Assembly: GCA_043781375.1 (NCBI GenBank)
Contig: JAYWBP010000038.1
Location: 40,001-104,000, forward strand
Origin: Novosphingobium sp.
GTDB taxonomy: Bacteria > Pseudomonadota > Alphaproteobacteria > Sphingomonadales > Sphingomonadaceae
Length of the DNA: 64,000 nucleotides
Direction of reading: 5' to 3'
Part shown: one piece after another, positions 48,709 through 58,393 of the stretch
How positions within the stretch are numbered: the first letter of the stretch is position 1
Layout: the number at the start of each line of letters is the position of its first letter
Position numbers and translations under genes: made by a program
The notes under the pieces: model-generated
What the model saw: only the letters and a program-made list of their open reading frames with translations
Databases searched by the model: none
What the model was told of the DNA's origin: nothing

Positions 48709-49698
48709 ATGACCGAACAATCTTTCCGATCACCCGCCATGTCGCGGCGCATGGCGCTGGGCGCTGTTCCAATTGCGGCAACCGCATTGCTGGTGCCGAA
48801 CGCGCTGGCCGCTGCAGGACCGAGACGGGCTGTCTTCGACTGGCAGAACCCGGCGGACAATCTGAAGGCTTACATCAAGTTGCAGTACAGCCTGGTGAAG
48901 GAGCCGGTCTGGAGCTATTTCGGCGGCACGATCTATGCGCTGGAGGGCGACCTTCCGCCTCGCCGGTTGCTGGAGGTCGACGGGATGGGCCAGGGCTGGG
49001 TAGATCGCCAGCCGGATGGGAGCTATCATCTGGCGTGGAAGGAGCTTGGCCTCCTCAAGGATCCGCTGACCGGCGAGGTGGTTGATCGCTGGCACAATCC
49101 GTTGATCGACGAAACCGTCGATGTCCGTCATATCATGAACCCCGCCGCAAACGCGACACTGCGCAGCAGCGAGCCTGAACTTGACCCCTCGTTTGTGACT
49201 GCGGAAGTCGATATGCCGCCGCGCAATTATCGGCATCCGGAGCGCCCGACCGACTTCATCCTGCCGTGGCAGACGATCGGGGACTACACCTCGGTGTGGA
49301 ACGACACGACGCTGGCGATGAAGCACACCCTCGAACCAAAGATCTGGGTCCGTGAATCGAGCGGCCCCCGGATCAGCATCGGCGAGTTCTTCCAACTCGT
49401 CACGCGAACCGATGATCTGCTTGATGCGCGGCGTAACCAGGTCCCCTATACCGGCTCATGGGCCCGGATCGCCTCATGGCATCCGTGGATGCTGATGGGC
49501 CAGCGGCCGGGCAAACTGTTTTACCGGTGCACGACCCAGCGATTGACCGGTCCGGAGCAGCTTCCGCCCAAATTCCTGGCAACGATCAAGGAACGCTTCC
49601 CAACCTATCTCCAGCAACCGACCACCTGGGGACCGCGATTTTCGACGTGGAAAGACTTTTTCGCGACGCACAAACCCATGCCGGTGGCAAAGCCGTGA
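48709..49698 (+). CDS. DUF1838-like protein, Tat-exported
   Basis: SRRMAL Tat-like signal; KDPLTGEVVDRWHNP and WHPWMLMGQRPG patterns; start uncertain (48661-48739). Confidence 0.7.
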   Translation: MTEQSFRSPAMSRRMALGAVPIAATALLVPNALAAAGPRRAVFDWQNPADNLKAYIKLQYSLVKEPVWSYFGGTIYALEGDLPPRRLLEVDGMGQGWVDRQPDGSYHLAWKELGLLKDPLTGEVVDRWHNPLIDETVDVRHIMNPAANATLRSSEPELDPSFVTAEVDMPPRNYRHPERPTDFILPWQTIGDYTSVWNDTTLAMKHTLEPKIWVRESSGPRISIGEFFQLVTRTDDLLDARRNQVPYTGSWARIASWHPWMLMGQRPGKLFYRCTTQRLTGPEQLPPKFLATIKERFPTYLQQPTTWGPRFSTWKDFFATHKPMPVAKP

Positions 49699-50282
49699 CG
49701 GCAAAGACCACAGGCTCGCTTGTCGCTCTGATCGCCGGGGGAGCACTTCTGTCGGTTGGGCTTGTAAGCCAGATAGCGGCTGCTGCTGCCCCCGTCCCCC
49801 CCGCGCCCCGAACGGACCCGCTTGCCGGACTGGCGATCCATCATGTCCAGATTTCGGTGAAAGACGCGGATTCGCTTGCCGCCTGGTATGTCGAAACGCT
49901 CGGCTTTCGCATCACGAAACGGATCGCAGGCGCTAGCTTTAAGATCGTGTGGATCGATATTCCCGGCTTTCGTCTAGGGCTGGCACAGATTTCCGGCTCG
50001 ACGCGGGAGGCAAGCGCATCGATCGCACCGCCAGCCGACGTCATGAAGCAGGGCTATCGGCAGATTCATTTTTCTGTCGCGAACGTGGACACCGCCTATC
50101 GCGCGCTGATCGACAAGGGCGTGAAGTTTGCCATTGCGCCGACCAGCTACACGATTAGCGGTATCAGACTGGCGACGCTGTGCGATCCGGAGGGAAACGT
50201 AATCAGCCTTTACCAAGACGTGGATCCAGCCAATCCGCCAGTGGGCAAAGCAACTTTGCGCAGTTCGGGAGACAAACGGTGA
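49695..50282 (+). CDS. Exported VOC/glyoxalase family protein
   Basis: IHHVQISV, WYVETLGF, QIHFSVANVD, DPEGNVI; GTGA overlap with the upstream gene. Confidence 0.85.
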   Translation: MTAKTTGSLVALIAGGALLSVGLVSQIAAAAAPVPPAPRTDPLAGLAIHHVQISVKDADSLAAWYVETLGFRITKRIAGASFKIVWIDIPGFRLGLAQISGSTREASASIAPPADVMKQGYRQIHFSVANVDTAYRALIDKGVKFAIAPTSYTISGIRLATLCDPEGNVISLYQDVDPANPPVGKATLRSSGDKR

Positions 50283-51127
50283 CAGCCCATCTGCTTAGTC
50301 GGCGCGGGAGCATGACGCTGATGGGGCTGGGAGCCGGCGCGCTTCTCGCGCCGACGACCACCATAGGCGCAATTTCAGGTGCCAACGACGACCTGCGCGC
50401 TTACTTGCGCATCCGGTCCCGTCTCGACGGTAAGCCCGTCTTCTACCCCTACCAAGGCACCATTTTTGGAAAACCATTTGGCAAGGTGGCGGTCCCGCTG
50501 TTCGACGTCGAAGGGTTTAGCTGGGACTACCTGACCAAGGTTGGAAACGGTCATTACCGCATCGATACGTCAGAAGCCGGTTATTTTCTCGACCGGAAGA
50601 CAGGACTTCCCTTGGCCAATTGGGTCAATCCGATGAACGGCGTCACGACCGAGGTGAAACATTACCGATCGTCGGCGCATATCGTAGTTTCAAGCGGCAA
50701 GCTCGAACCGATCATGTCGACCTCGGCTCCGCACAGCCTTGAATTCTCTGCCTCGATGTCGGCCATAACCCGGATGAACGGCAAAATTTGGGTGCACGAA
50801 GACATCATCGCGCAAATCCCCAACAAGCCGCAGTCATCGTTTACCGATTTGAGGGAATATGTCGGCCCCACGCTGGAAGCGACTTCGCTGGCGACCTGGT
50901 CGGCCGATCTTGCGCACCTTGCAGACGCGCGACGACAGTTCGTACCAGCCCTTTTTTCATATCAGACGCTGGGGAGCTGGCGGCCGTTCATGCGCATGGG
51001 GAACACGCCCGGTGTGATCAGTTGGCGGTTAATTGGCACCAAGGAGCCGGTTATCGAACGAGTGCCCGCTAAATTGCGCGCCCGCGTCATGCAGGAATAT
51101 CCCGATTTCCTTGCTCGCCCGGCTTGA
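50279..51127 (+). CDS. DUF1838-like protein, Tat-exported (second copy)
   Basis: LSRRG signal, PLFDVEGFS, FLDRKTG...WVNP, WRPFMRMGNTPG; parallels the ORF at 48709. Confidence 0.7.
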   Translation: MTAHLLSRRGSMTLMGLGAGALLAPTTTIGAISGANDDLRAYLRIRSRLDGKPVFYPYQGTIFGKPFGKVAVPLFDVEGFSWDYLTKVGNGHYRIDTSEAGYFLDRKTGLPLANWVNPMNGVTTEVKHYRSSAHIVVSSGKLEPIMSTSAPHSLEFSASMSAITRMNGKIWVHEDIIAQIPNKPQSSFTDLREYVGPTLEATSLATWSADLAHLADARRQFVPALFSYQTLGSWRPFMRMGNTPGVISWRLIGTKEPVIERVPAKLRARVMQEYPDFLARPA

Positions 51128-51666
51128 AACTACAACCTGAATCGTGTGGCAGTTGATCCATATCGTGACGGCGCGCAGCGCGCCGCCAAGCCGATGGCGA
51201 GGTGATCCGCCTGGTGATGATCGAATGGACACTCCCGACGGCATTTTGTGTGAACGTAGGTCTTGAAGGGCACCTAAGGACGGGAGCCATCTGTCGAACA
51301 AGTTAGCCCGATTGGTCTGAATCTCGCGATGGCTGTTTGTCACGCGCAAGGTGCAGATGCTGCCGGGCGCCGATTGTTCAGTCGCCGGATCACGAGAGGG
51401 AACATCGTTGCTCGAGGTGGCGATTCAAGCATTCAGTGCGGCTCATCACTGCGCGCGCGGGTTCACCCGGATTAGCCATGAGGTTCGGCTCAGACGATCT
51501 ATCCTCCAGGCTGCCGATCAGCCGCATGAATGATGTCCCGCGAGTCCGTACAGTCCTGCAGTGGCGCGCATGACCGCAGGGAATTGCGCAGCGGTTCGCT
51601 GAACGGCGGCGGATGGTGCGCTCGCTGCGCAGGCGCTTGACAGACGGGCCTGAATAACGGCTCTGG

Positions 51667-52626
51667 GTGCTATCGGCGGGAGACAATCGCTTGACCTTGA
51701 TCCGTTTCTTGATCGCCATAATTGCCGTTTTGACACTCGCTACCGGCGCTCTATATGCCTATTCGCCCGCTCGTTTGCTGGATGTGTTGAACGACCTGTA
51801 TCCGGGTGATGGCGGGGTCCAGCGGGTGGCGAGTGCGGTTCAGTTCGAACCCGGTCCGCGCGGCCTGCTCGATGTGTGGACGCAACCGGCCAACATTCAG
51901 GATAGGGCCCAAGGTGCGCCGGGCAAGCCAGTGCTGGTGTTCTTTTATGGCGGCGGCTGGGCCAACGGCAGTCGGCTCGACTATGGCTTTGTGGCCAAGG
52001 CCTACGCAGCGCGTGGGTTTGTCGTGGTGCTGCCCGACTATCGCCTGGTGCCTCAGGTGCGGTTCCCTTTGTTCCTCGAAGACGCCGCAGCGGCGGTGCG
52101 CTGGACGCATGACAACATCGCCCGTTTTGGCGGCGATCCGGACCGGATCGCCGTCGCCGGTCATTCGGCCGGGGGCTACCTGGCAGTCATGCTCGCACTC
52201 GACAGTCGCTATCTGAGGGCTGCCGGGGCCGACCCCTCTGTAATCAAGGCAGCGCTGGGGCTGGCCGGTCCCTATGACTTTTATCCATTCGACAAGCTCC
52301 GCTCGATCGATGCCATGGGTCGAGCGCCCGATCCGCTGGCGACCCAGCCGATCACATTCGCCCGGGCCGATGCACCGCCGTTGTTGCTGATGACTGGAAC
52401 CGCCGACACCGAGGTCCGGCCGCGCAACGCGATCAACCTGGCGGCGCGCGAAAAGGCGCTGGGCAGCACCACCACTCGGCTGCAACAATATCCGGGGCTT
52501 GATCACAACGATTTGATCATGGCGTTATCCAAGCCATTCCGCGGCAAGGCCCCGCTGGTTGAGCAAAGCGTGGCATTCCTTAGCGAAAGTCTGCAAGGTT
52601 CGCTGCCCGGCAAACCGGTCCGATAG
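51667..52626 (+). CDS. Alpha/beta hydrolase (HSL-like carboxylesterase)
   Basis: VFFYGGGW, PDYRL, GHSAGG, GTADTEV, LDHND; start uncertain. Confidence 0.9.
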   Translation: MLSAGDNRLTLIRFLIAIIAVLTLATGALYAYSPARLLDVLNDLYPGDGGVQRVASAVQFEPGPRGLLDVWTQPANIQDRAQGAPGKPVLVFFYGGGWANGSRLDYGFVAKAYAARGFVVVLPDYRLVPQVRFPLFLEDAAAAVRWTHDNIARFGGDPDRIAVAGHSAGGYLAVMLALDSRYLRAAGADPSVIKAALGLAGPYDFYPFDKLRSIDAMGRAPDPLATQPITFARADAPPLLLMTGTADTEVRPRNAINLAAREKALGSTTTRLQQYPGLDHNDLIMALSKPFRGKAPLVEQSVAFLSESLQGSLPGKPVR

Positions 52627-52649
52627 CGCTTTGTCGCAAAAGCCGAGAT

Positions 52650-52885
52650 GATACTGTCAGACCCACGGGGCAGGCGGGACTTCGCGTTGCTAGTTTTGAT
52701 GAATGACCCGCAAATCTCGAGCTAAGCCAACCGCGACTTTCCGCTATTTCAACGCGTCGCCCGAGGAAGAAGGCGCTGAAGCGCTACGGCTCACCTGACG
52801 CGATTATTACCGACGGTTTTCGCTCCAACCTTGCGGCAATGCGCGCGTTGGGCAATTCCGATAGGCATGAGGTCGGCCGCTGGAT
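52650..52885 (+). mobile_element. Internally deleted IS6-family remnant
   Basis: End GATACTGTCAGACCCACGGGG; FRYFNASPE joined directly to KKALKRYGSPDAIITDGFRS..AMRALGNSDRHEVGRW. Confidence 0.8.
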
Positions 52886-53011
52886 TTCGCGCATCCGCTG
52901 CCCGCCCTGACCATGCGCTATCCGTCTTGCGGGACCGAACAGGGCGATCTTATGGGGCTGCCTGGCCTAGGCGGAACGGTTTGGATAGAACTCGGTAAGT
53001 CGGGCAGTCTG

Positions 53012-53893
53012 CTATGCGCAAATCTGTCGCTGCATTTCTGAGCGAATCCAGTCTTGCAGAAGCTGGGCAGAGGCGTTTGCTGCATCCCCTGTCCTTCGAA
53101 CCAGGTAATATCCGTTCGTATCGGCGATTGTTATACGGAAAGGGCGCACCAGACGCTTTTCGAGTAGCGCATTTTCAGCGAACCGTTCCCGGACTAGCGC
53201 TACCCCCAACCCTGCTGCTGCTGCCTCAACAAGCATGGCAGAATCAGAAACAACCAAGCCGTCGGTTGGTTCGCGCAAGGCAACTCTTGCTGTGCGAAGC
53301 CACGGTGCCCAAGGCTGCCATGCGTGACGCAGCAGTTTGCACTGCATCAGGTCGCCGGGCTCCGTGAGACGCATCAGGTCGCGATATTGGGGCGAGCAGA
53401 CCGGAAACAGAGTCTCGTCGCCGACATGCTCACTGGCGGTATTCGGCCACGTGCCAAGCCCGTAACGGATGGCAAAGTCGATCCCGGAAGCCAGGAAATC
53501 TCCGAGATCGGCCGTCGATTTTATTTCAACGTCAATCTCCGGATTGGCATGGAGAAACGTCGCAATGCGTGGCAACAACCAGCAAGTTGCCAAACTTGGG
53601 TGAATCCCCAGTACGACTCTGCTGAAACTCGCAGACTTTACGGGAAAGGCGTGATGAAGAACGCCAAGCGCCTGTCGCACGAGTGCAAGCAGCGTTGTGG
53701 CTTCGCGCGTGGGAAGCATCGAACGGCCCGAGCGATGGAATAAAGAGACGCCAAGCCTTTGTTCCATGTCCCTGATCTGATGACTTATCGCGCCGTGCGT
53801 CAGGCCCAATTCGTCAGCTGCGGACGAGTAATTTCCATGACGCGCAGCAGCATCGAGCGCTTGCAACATCTGCATGGAGGGGAGTCTGCTCAC
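53012..53893 (-). CDS. LysR family regulator (GcvA-like)
   Basis: LPSMQMLQALDAAARHGNYSSAADELGLTHGAISHQIR; WLLPRI; DFAIRYG. Confidence 0.93.
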   Translation of the reverse strand: MSRLPSMQMLQALDAAARHGNYSSAADELGLTHGAISHQIRDMEQRLGVSLFHRSGRSMLPTREATTLLALVRQALGVLHHAFPVKSASFSRVVLGIHPSLATCWLLPRIATFLHANPEIDVEIKSTADLGDFLASGIDFAIRYGLGTWPNTASEHVGDETLFPVCSPQYRDLMRLTEPGDLMQCKLLRHAWQPWAPWLRTARVALREPTDGLVVSDSAMLVEAAAAGLGVALVRERFAENALLEKRLVRPFRITIADTNGYYLVRRTGDAANASAQLLQDWIRSEMQRQICA

Positions 53894-53901
53894 GGCTCAA
53901 G

Positions 53902-53918
53902 TGTGAGCGCGGCTCACA
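53902..53918. promoter_or_regulatory. LysR recognition palindrome TGTGAGC-GCG-GCTCACA
   Basis: Contains T-N11-A; lies just upstream of the LysR start in the divergent promoter. Confidence 0.6.
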
Positions 53919-53991
53919 ACAAGAGTCAATTCTTATCGTTTGTCATACGCGGGCCTGTCTTGCAACCTTGACCATCGATTTCAGGATAACC

Positions 53992-55356
53992 ATGGACCGA
54001 TCTCAGGCATCTTCGGTTGACGACGATCAAGCGGCCCGTCGCTATGCCTGGTACGTTGTGGCCCTACTGACGCTGGTTCAGATCACGTCCTATGTCGATC
54101 GCTTCCTGCCCAGCCTGCTTATCGATCCGATTAAACATGATCTGGCGCTTACCGATTTCCAGATTGGACTGTTGATCGGCCCTGCATTCGGCGTGTTTTA
54201 CGTCCTCATGGGCGTTCCGCTGGGATGGCTCGCGGACCGGTTGAACCGGCGATCCATGCTGGCGGGCGGGATCGCGGTGTGGAGTCTGATGACTGCGGCA
54301 GGAAGCCTGGCGACAAGCTTTGCTGCGTTGTTCGGGGCCCGACTTGGCGTGGGGCTCGGCGAAGCGACAGTGGCACCGTGTGCGATATCGATGATCAGCG
54401 ATTACTTTCCTCGGGCGCGACGAAGCCGAGCGATGAGCCTGTTTATGTCCGGCACGTTCCTGGGCGCCGGGCTCGCATTTCTCGTGGGTGGGCCCTTCGT
54501 CCACATGATGAGCGCCTGGCCCGACACCGTTGTCCCTGGCATTGGCAAACTGCGCCCATGGCAGCTGACTTTCCTGATCATGGGTTTACCCGGATTGGTG
54601 CTTGCCCTGCTGATGTTCACCATCCGCGAGCCGAGGCGGCTGGAGCGGACCACCGCTGGAGTTGCGGGGACTTTGCGCGAAGCGGGAGGCTACGTTGCCT
54701 TGCGCTGGCGCGCATTCGGCACCTTGTTTCTGGCATCTGCCTGTACCGTCACGTTGGGATCGCTTAGCTTTTGGAACATCACGCTGTTTTCCCGAAACTT
54801 CGGGTGGAATGTGCGGGAAGTTGGAATCGCGACCGGCGCTCTGTTCCTTGCTGGGGGCCTTACGGGAACGCTGCTCGGCATCCGCCTGACGAACCGCGCG
54901 GTCGCTGCCAGACGGCCCGATGCAACCTTGCGGGCATTATGGTTTGGGCTGTTGATCGCGGTTCCCGGGTTCGCTCTTTATCCCGCAATGCCCAGCGCCC
55001 AGCTGGCATTGGTTCCGATGTTCTTCGGCTTTGTCGGTCAGGCGATGGCCGCCGCTGCGGGCCCTGCTTCGATCAGCCTCATCGCCCCTGGGCAAATCCG
55101 TTCTCAGGCGATTGCGATCTACTACCTCGTTATCAGCGTCAGCGGGCAACTGCTCGGCCCGCCCCCGGTTGGTGCGATGACCGACTTGTTCGGCGATCCT
55201 GCGAAGTTGCACATCGCGATGACAATCGAGGCCTTGGTGATCGGGTTGCCAGGATTGATCCTGGTCCGGCTCGGCATGCCCGCGTTTGCGCGCCAGGTCA
55301 CAAAGCTTGAAAGCGAGATTGCAACGCATCAAAAACTGGCGGCACCGCATGGGTGA
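53992..55356 (+). CDS. MFS transporter (spinster-like)
   Basis: SYVDR, GWLADRLNRR, RLGVGLGEA; start ATG 53992. Confidence 0.92.
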   Translation: MDRSQASSVDDDQAARRYAWYVVALLTLVQITSYVDRFLPSLLIDPIKHDLALTDFQIGLLIGPAFGVFYVLMGVPLGWLADRLNRRSMLAGGIAVWSLMTAAGSLATSFAALFGARLGVGLGEATVAPCAISMISDYFPRARRSRAMSLFMSGTFLGAGLAFLVGGPFVHMMSAWPDTVVPGIGKLRPWQLTFLIMGLPGLVLALLMFTIREPRRLERTTAGVAGTLREAGGYVALRWRAFGTLFLASACTVTLGSLSFWNITLFSRNFGWNVREVGIATGALFLAGGLTGTLLGIRLTNRAVAARRPDATLRALWFGLLIAVPGFALYPAMPSAQLALVPMFFGFVGQAMAAAAGPASISLIAPGQIRSQAIAIYYLVISVSGQLLGPPPVGAMTDLFGDPAKLHIAMTIEALVIGLPGLILVRLGMPAFARQVTKLESEIATHQKLAAPHG

Positions 55357-56221
55357 CGCGGATAAGCCGACGATCTGCGCAATCGAGTGCGTGGTCCACC
55401 TCGTCCCGGATCTTGCGGCGATCGAACGTGCCTATGTCGAGTGGCTCGGATACCGGGTTATCGACCGAAGTCCGGTCGGCGAATTTGACGCAGGCGGTTG
55501 GCACGCCCCGGCGTTGGCTGGCCGCCCATCGATCGCGCTGCGCCCGGAAAGTGGCGAACCCTGCACCTTGCGCTTCATTCTATCACCATCGGCGGCACAA
55601 TACCGTGCGCTGACGACACATGGCTGGAACGCGACAGAGATTGTGGTGCAGGACGTTGATGCGCTTGCCCAACTGTTTGGCCAACCGGCTTCGCCATTTA
55701 AGATCATAGGCGGCCCGGCCGGGCTGACCCGTTTCCCGATGATCCGCGCCATGCAGGTCATCGGGCCTGCTGGCGAGTGCCTCTACCTGACCGAGGTCGG
55801 AGCAGGCAGCGGCCTGTCGCTGGCTCCTGCGCTGTCATTCGTCGGAAAGGTATTCATCGTCGTCGCCGCCGGGCCCGATGCCGATGCAATGTTCGAGCCC
55901 TATCGCCCTTTCGGCAATGTTATCGACCCGCCGGTCGGCACACCGGTCGGGGTCATATCTGCTGCAAATGGACTTCCGGCCGACACGCTGCATCGCCATG
56001 GACTTGTCCGCCTGGGCGGCGGCACGATGATCGAGCTGGACGGCTATCCGGCGGTAACCGTTCCGCGCGAAGCTGCCCCCGGCGAACTGCCGCCGGGTAT
56101 GGCCCTGGTCCGGTTTTCCGTTCGCGGACTGACTGCACCGAAGATCACTATCGGGAGCGGCGGCGAAGCGATCGAATTCTTCCCGGCGACGACCGGGGCG
56201 GAGCATGACTATGACGCTTGA
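55349..56221 (+). CDS. VOC-like hypothetical protein
   Basis: PDLAAIERAYVEWLGY, HGWNATEIVVQDVD, GPAGECLYLT; overlaps both neighbours. Confidence 0.7.
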   Translation: MGDADKPTICAIECVVHLVPDLAAIERAYVEWLGYRVIDRSPVGEFDAGGWHAPALAGRPSIALRPESGEPCTLRFILSPSAAQYRALTTHGWNATEIVVQDVDALAQLFGQPASPFKIIGGPAGLTRFPMIRAMQVIGPAGECLYLTEVGAGSGLSLAPALSFVGKVFIVVAAGPDADAMFEPYRPFGNVIDPPVGTPVGVISAANGLPADTLHRHGLVRLGGGTMIELDGYPAVTVPREAAPGELPPGMALVRFSVRGLTAPKITIGSGGEAIEFFPATTGAEHDYDA

Positions 56222-57239
56222 AAATCGTGCCGAGCTGGACTTCGTCCTGACCCTCCGTCGGCTTTGGGCGAACACGGTATATCCCACATTGCGGCGTGAG
56301 TTCGATGCGCAGTCGCCAACAGCCAAAATGGGTGAAGAGATCGCGACCATCCGCGATCTGCCCAGCTACCGCTTGTTTTCCTGGCTCGAACGCGGGTCGC
56401 AGAAAATGCTGTGGCGCGCGGTCACTGGGGCGGTGGACGCGTCACCTCCTGCGGCACAAGTCGACTGCGCCTCCACACTTACTCTCGACCCAGCACTTCA
56501 ACTTCCCGACTGGTACACCCGGTGCGACATACACATTCAGCCAGGCGGGGTCTGGTCGAGTGACCGTAACGCCCGGATCTATGAGCTTGGGGCTAAGCTC
56601 GTCATGCTGGGCGAAAACGATGATTATGCCTTCCACCGGCTGTTCGTCGACACCGCCATACCCAAGCGCGACTATGCCCGGATGGTCGATCTTGGTTGCG
56701 GCTTCGGTAAATCGACTTGGCCGCTCAAGCAGAGGTTTCCCGACGCGGAGGTCATCGGGGTTGATCTGTCCGCGCCCTGCCTCACTCTGGCGAAGGAGCG
56801 CGCGGACGAACGCCAACTTGGCATCGCCTTCATCCAGGCCGACGCCACCGCAACCCCGATCCCCGCGAATTCGGTCGATCTGGTAACGGCGACGATGCTG
56901 ATCCACGAGTTGCCAATCGATGAGCTTGGACGACTGTTCGCCGAGGCTGCGCGGTTTCTCGCTCCGGGTGGTCTGGTCCGCATCCTCGACTTCCAGCGCA
57001 CTGGTGACGCATTTCGCGATTATGCCATGGTCGAACATGGCACACGCAATAATGAGCCCTTCCTGCCTCCGATGATGGCAGCAAATCTTGCCCAAATGGC
57101 TGCTGCGGCTGGGCTTGAAAACGTGCGCTGGCGCGCTTTCGACGAGCGCGGCGTGGGCCTGCTTCCCTCGGATCAGTGGCCTCAACGTTCCGAGTGGCAC
57201 TTCCCCTGGGCAGTGCTCGAAGCGGAAAAGCCGGCATGA
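56205..57239 (+). CDS. Class I SAM-dependent methyltransferase
   Basis: VDLGCGFGKST, IGVDLSAP, DLVTATMLIHE, LAPGG. Confidence 0.9.
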   Translation: MTMTLENRAELDFVLTLRRLWANTVYPTLRREFDAQSPTAKMGEEIATIRDLPSYRLFSWLERGSQKMLWRAVTGAVDASPPAAQVDCASTLTLDPALQLPDWYTRCDIHIQPGGVWSSDRNARIYELGAKLVMLGENDDYAFHRLFVDTAIPKRDYARMVDLGCGFGKSTWPLKQRFPDAEVIGVDLSAPCLTLAKERADERQLGIAFIQADATATPIPANSVDLVTATMLIHELPIDELGRLFAEAARFLAPGGLVRILDFQRTGDAFRDYAMVEHGTRNNEPFLPPMMAANLAQMAAAAGLENVRWRAFDERGVGLLPSDQWPQRSEWHFPWAVLEAEKPA

Positions 57240-57535
57240 CAATGAGCCCGACGCCTGTGGTTGCGCTCGATTGCGACCAGCTGACTACTCTGGTTTTCGA
57301 GCTTGCCTCGCAGCTTCATGTCGAACGCACCCGCCGCCTCGCGCTTGAGCTGGCCCTCGAACGGGCAGGAGTCTTGGGCCGGGAGACCATCGCTGAAGTT
57401 GGCCAGCTGGCGCAGCTTCGCGATGCAAGCCTTGTCGCTGCTGATCACGCATTGGGCAAGCTCTTGCAAGCAGTGGCTGAAGCAGACTCTGCCGCCCCGG
57501 ATTTGGGTCGCAGTAATTCGTCCATCAAGGAGTAA
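57236..57535 (+). CDS. Small helical hypothetical protein
   Basis: ATGA overlap with the methyltransferase; LASQLHVERTRRLALE. Confidence 0.65.
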   Translation: MTMSPTPVVALDCDQLTTLVFELASQLHVERTRRLALELALERAGVLGRETIAEVGQLAQLRDASLVAADHALGKLLQAVAEADSAAPDLGRSNSSIKE

Positions 57536-57539
57536 GGCT

Positions 57540-58364
57540 TTGGCGCGTCAATGGGTGGAGTTTGTTCAATCCCAGCACATTGTCTGGGCGGAGGATGGCA
57601 TGGCCGGTATCCGCCCCGGCATCGAGGTGAAGATTCTCAGTCGCGACGCCACTAGCGGAGCCGTCAGCATGCTGACGCGCTACCCGGCAGGTTACTCGGC
57701 AGCTGCTGCAACCCTGGCCGTGGACGAAGAGTTTCTGGTCCTTGAAGGGTCCGTCCATTTCGGCGAACTGCGCTACGATCGATACGCCTATGCCCATTGG
57801 CCTGCGGGCTATCGGGGTGGTGCCGTCCGTTCTGAGGAAGGTGCAGTCTTGCTGCATTTTCTATCGGGAGCACCGCAAGCGATGCAGGGTTCTGTAAGCT
57901 ATGATGCGCGTCGAACCGTAGAACGGCTCGACGCGCTCGAAGTGCCTTATACCGGCAATTTCCATCCCGAATTCCCGTTCGGCGCGGGGCGCAAGGTCCT
58001 CTTCACCGATCCCGAAACCGGCGACACGACCTGGATTCTGGGCACAATGCCGCTGCGCTGGGCAGCGCGCCCCGAAGTGCATCCCGTGGTCGAGGAAATG
58101 TATCTTCTGAGCGGTGAGGTGCACGGCAATTGTGGGGTGATGCGGCCGGGCGCCTATTTCTGGAGACCACCGGGCAAGACCCACGGGCCTTACGGCTCGC
58201 TGACCGGCAACGTCTATCTCTTCCGAACCAAGGGCGGCCCGTTGTCGACCGAATACGTCGACCACGGATCAGCGTTCAAATGGTGGCCGGCCTATACGCC
58301 GATCCTGCCGGCAGACCTTGAATATGCACGCGGTGAAACGCCGCCGACTGTGAATAACTGGTGA
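57540..58364 (+). CDS. Bicupin protein (ChrR/DUF4437-like)
   Basis: TTG start after AAGGAG; EEFLVLEG and EVHPVVEEMYLLSG...YFWRPPGKTHGP cupin repeats. Confidence 0.8.
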   Translation: MARQWVEFVQSQHIVWAEDGMAGIRPGIEVKILSRDATSGAVSMLTRYPAGYSAAAATLAVDEEFLVLEGSVHFGELRYDRYAYAHWPAGYRGGAVRSEEGAVLLHFLSGAPQAMQGSVSYDARRTVERLDALEVPYTGNFHPEFPFGAGRKVLFTDPETGDTTWILGTMPLRWAARPEVHPVVEEMYLLSGEVHGNCGVMRPGAYFWRPPGKTHGPYGSLTGNVYLFRTKGGPLSTEYVDHGSAFKWWPAYTPILPADLEYARGETPPTVNNW

Positions 58365-58393
58365 AATCAACACAATTTACAAAAGGGCAAGTC

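Noticed and set aside
51130-51660. Short ORFs between the second DUF1838-like gene and the esterase
   Set aside because: No coherent product; only a few codons resembling IS6 transposase, too short to call as a feature
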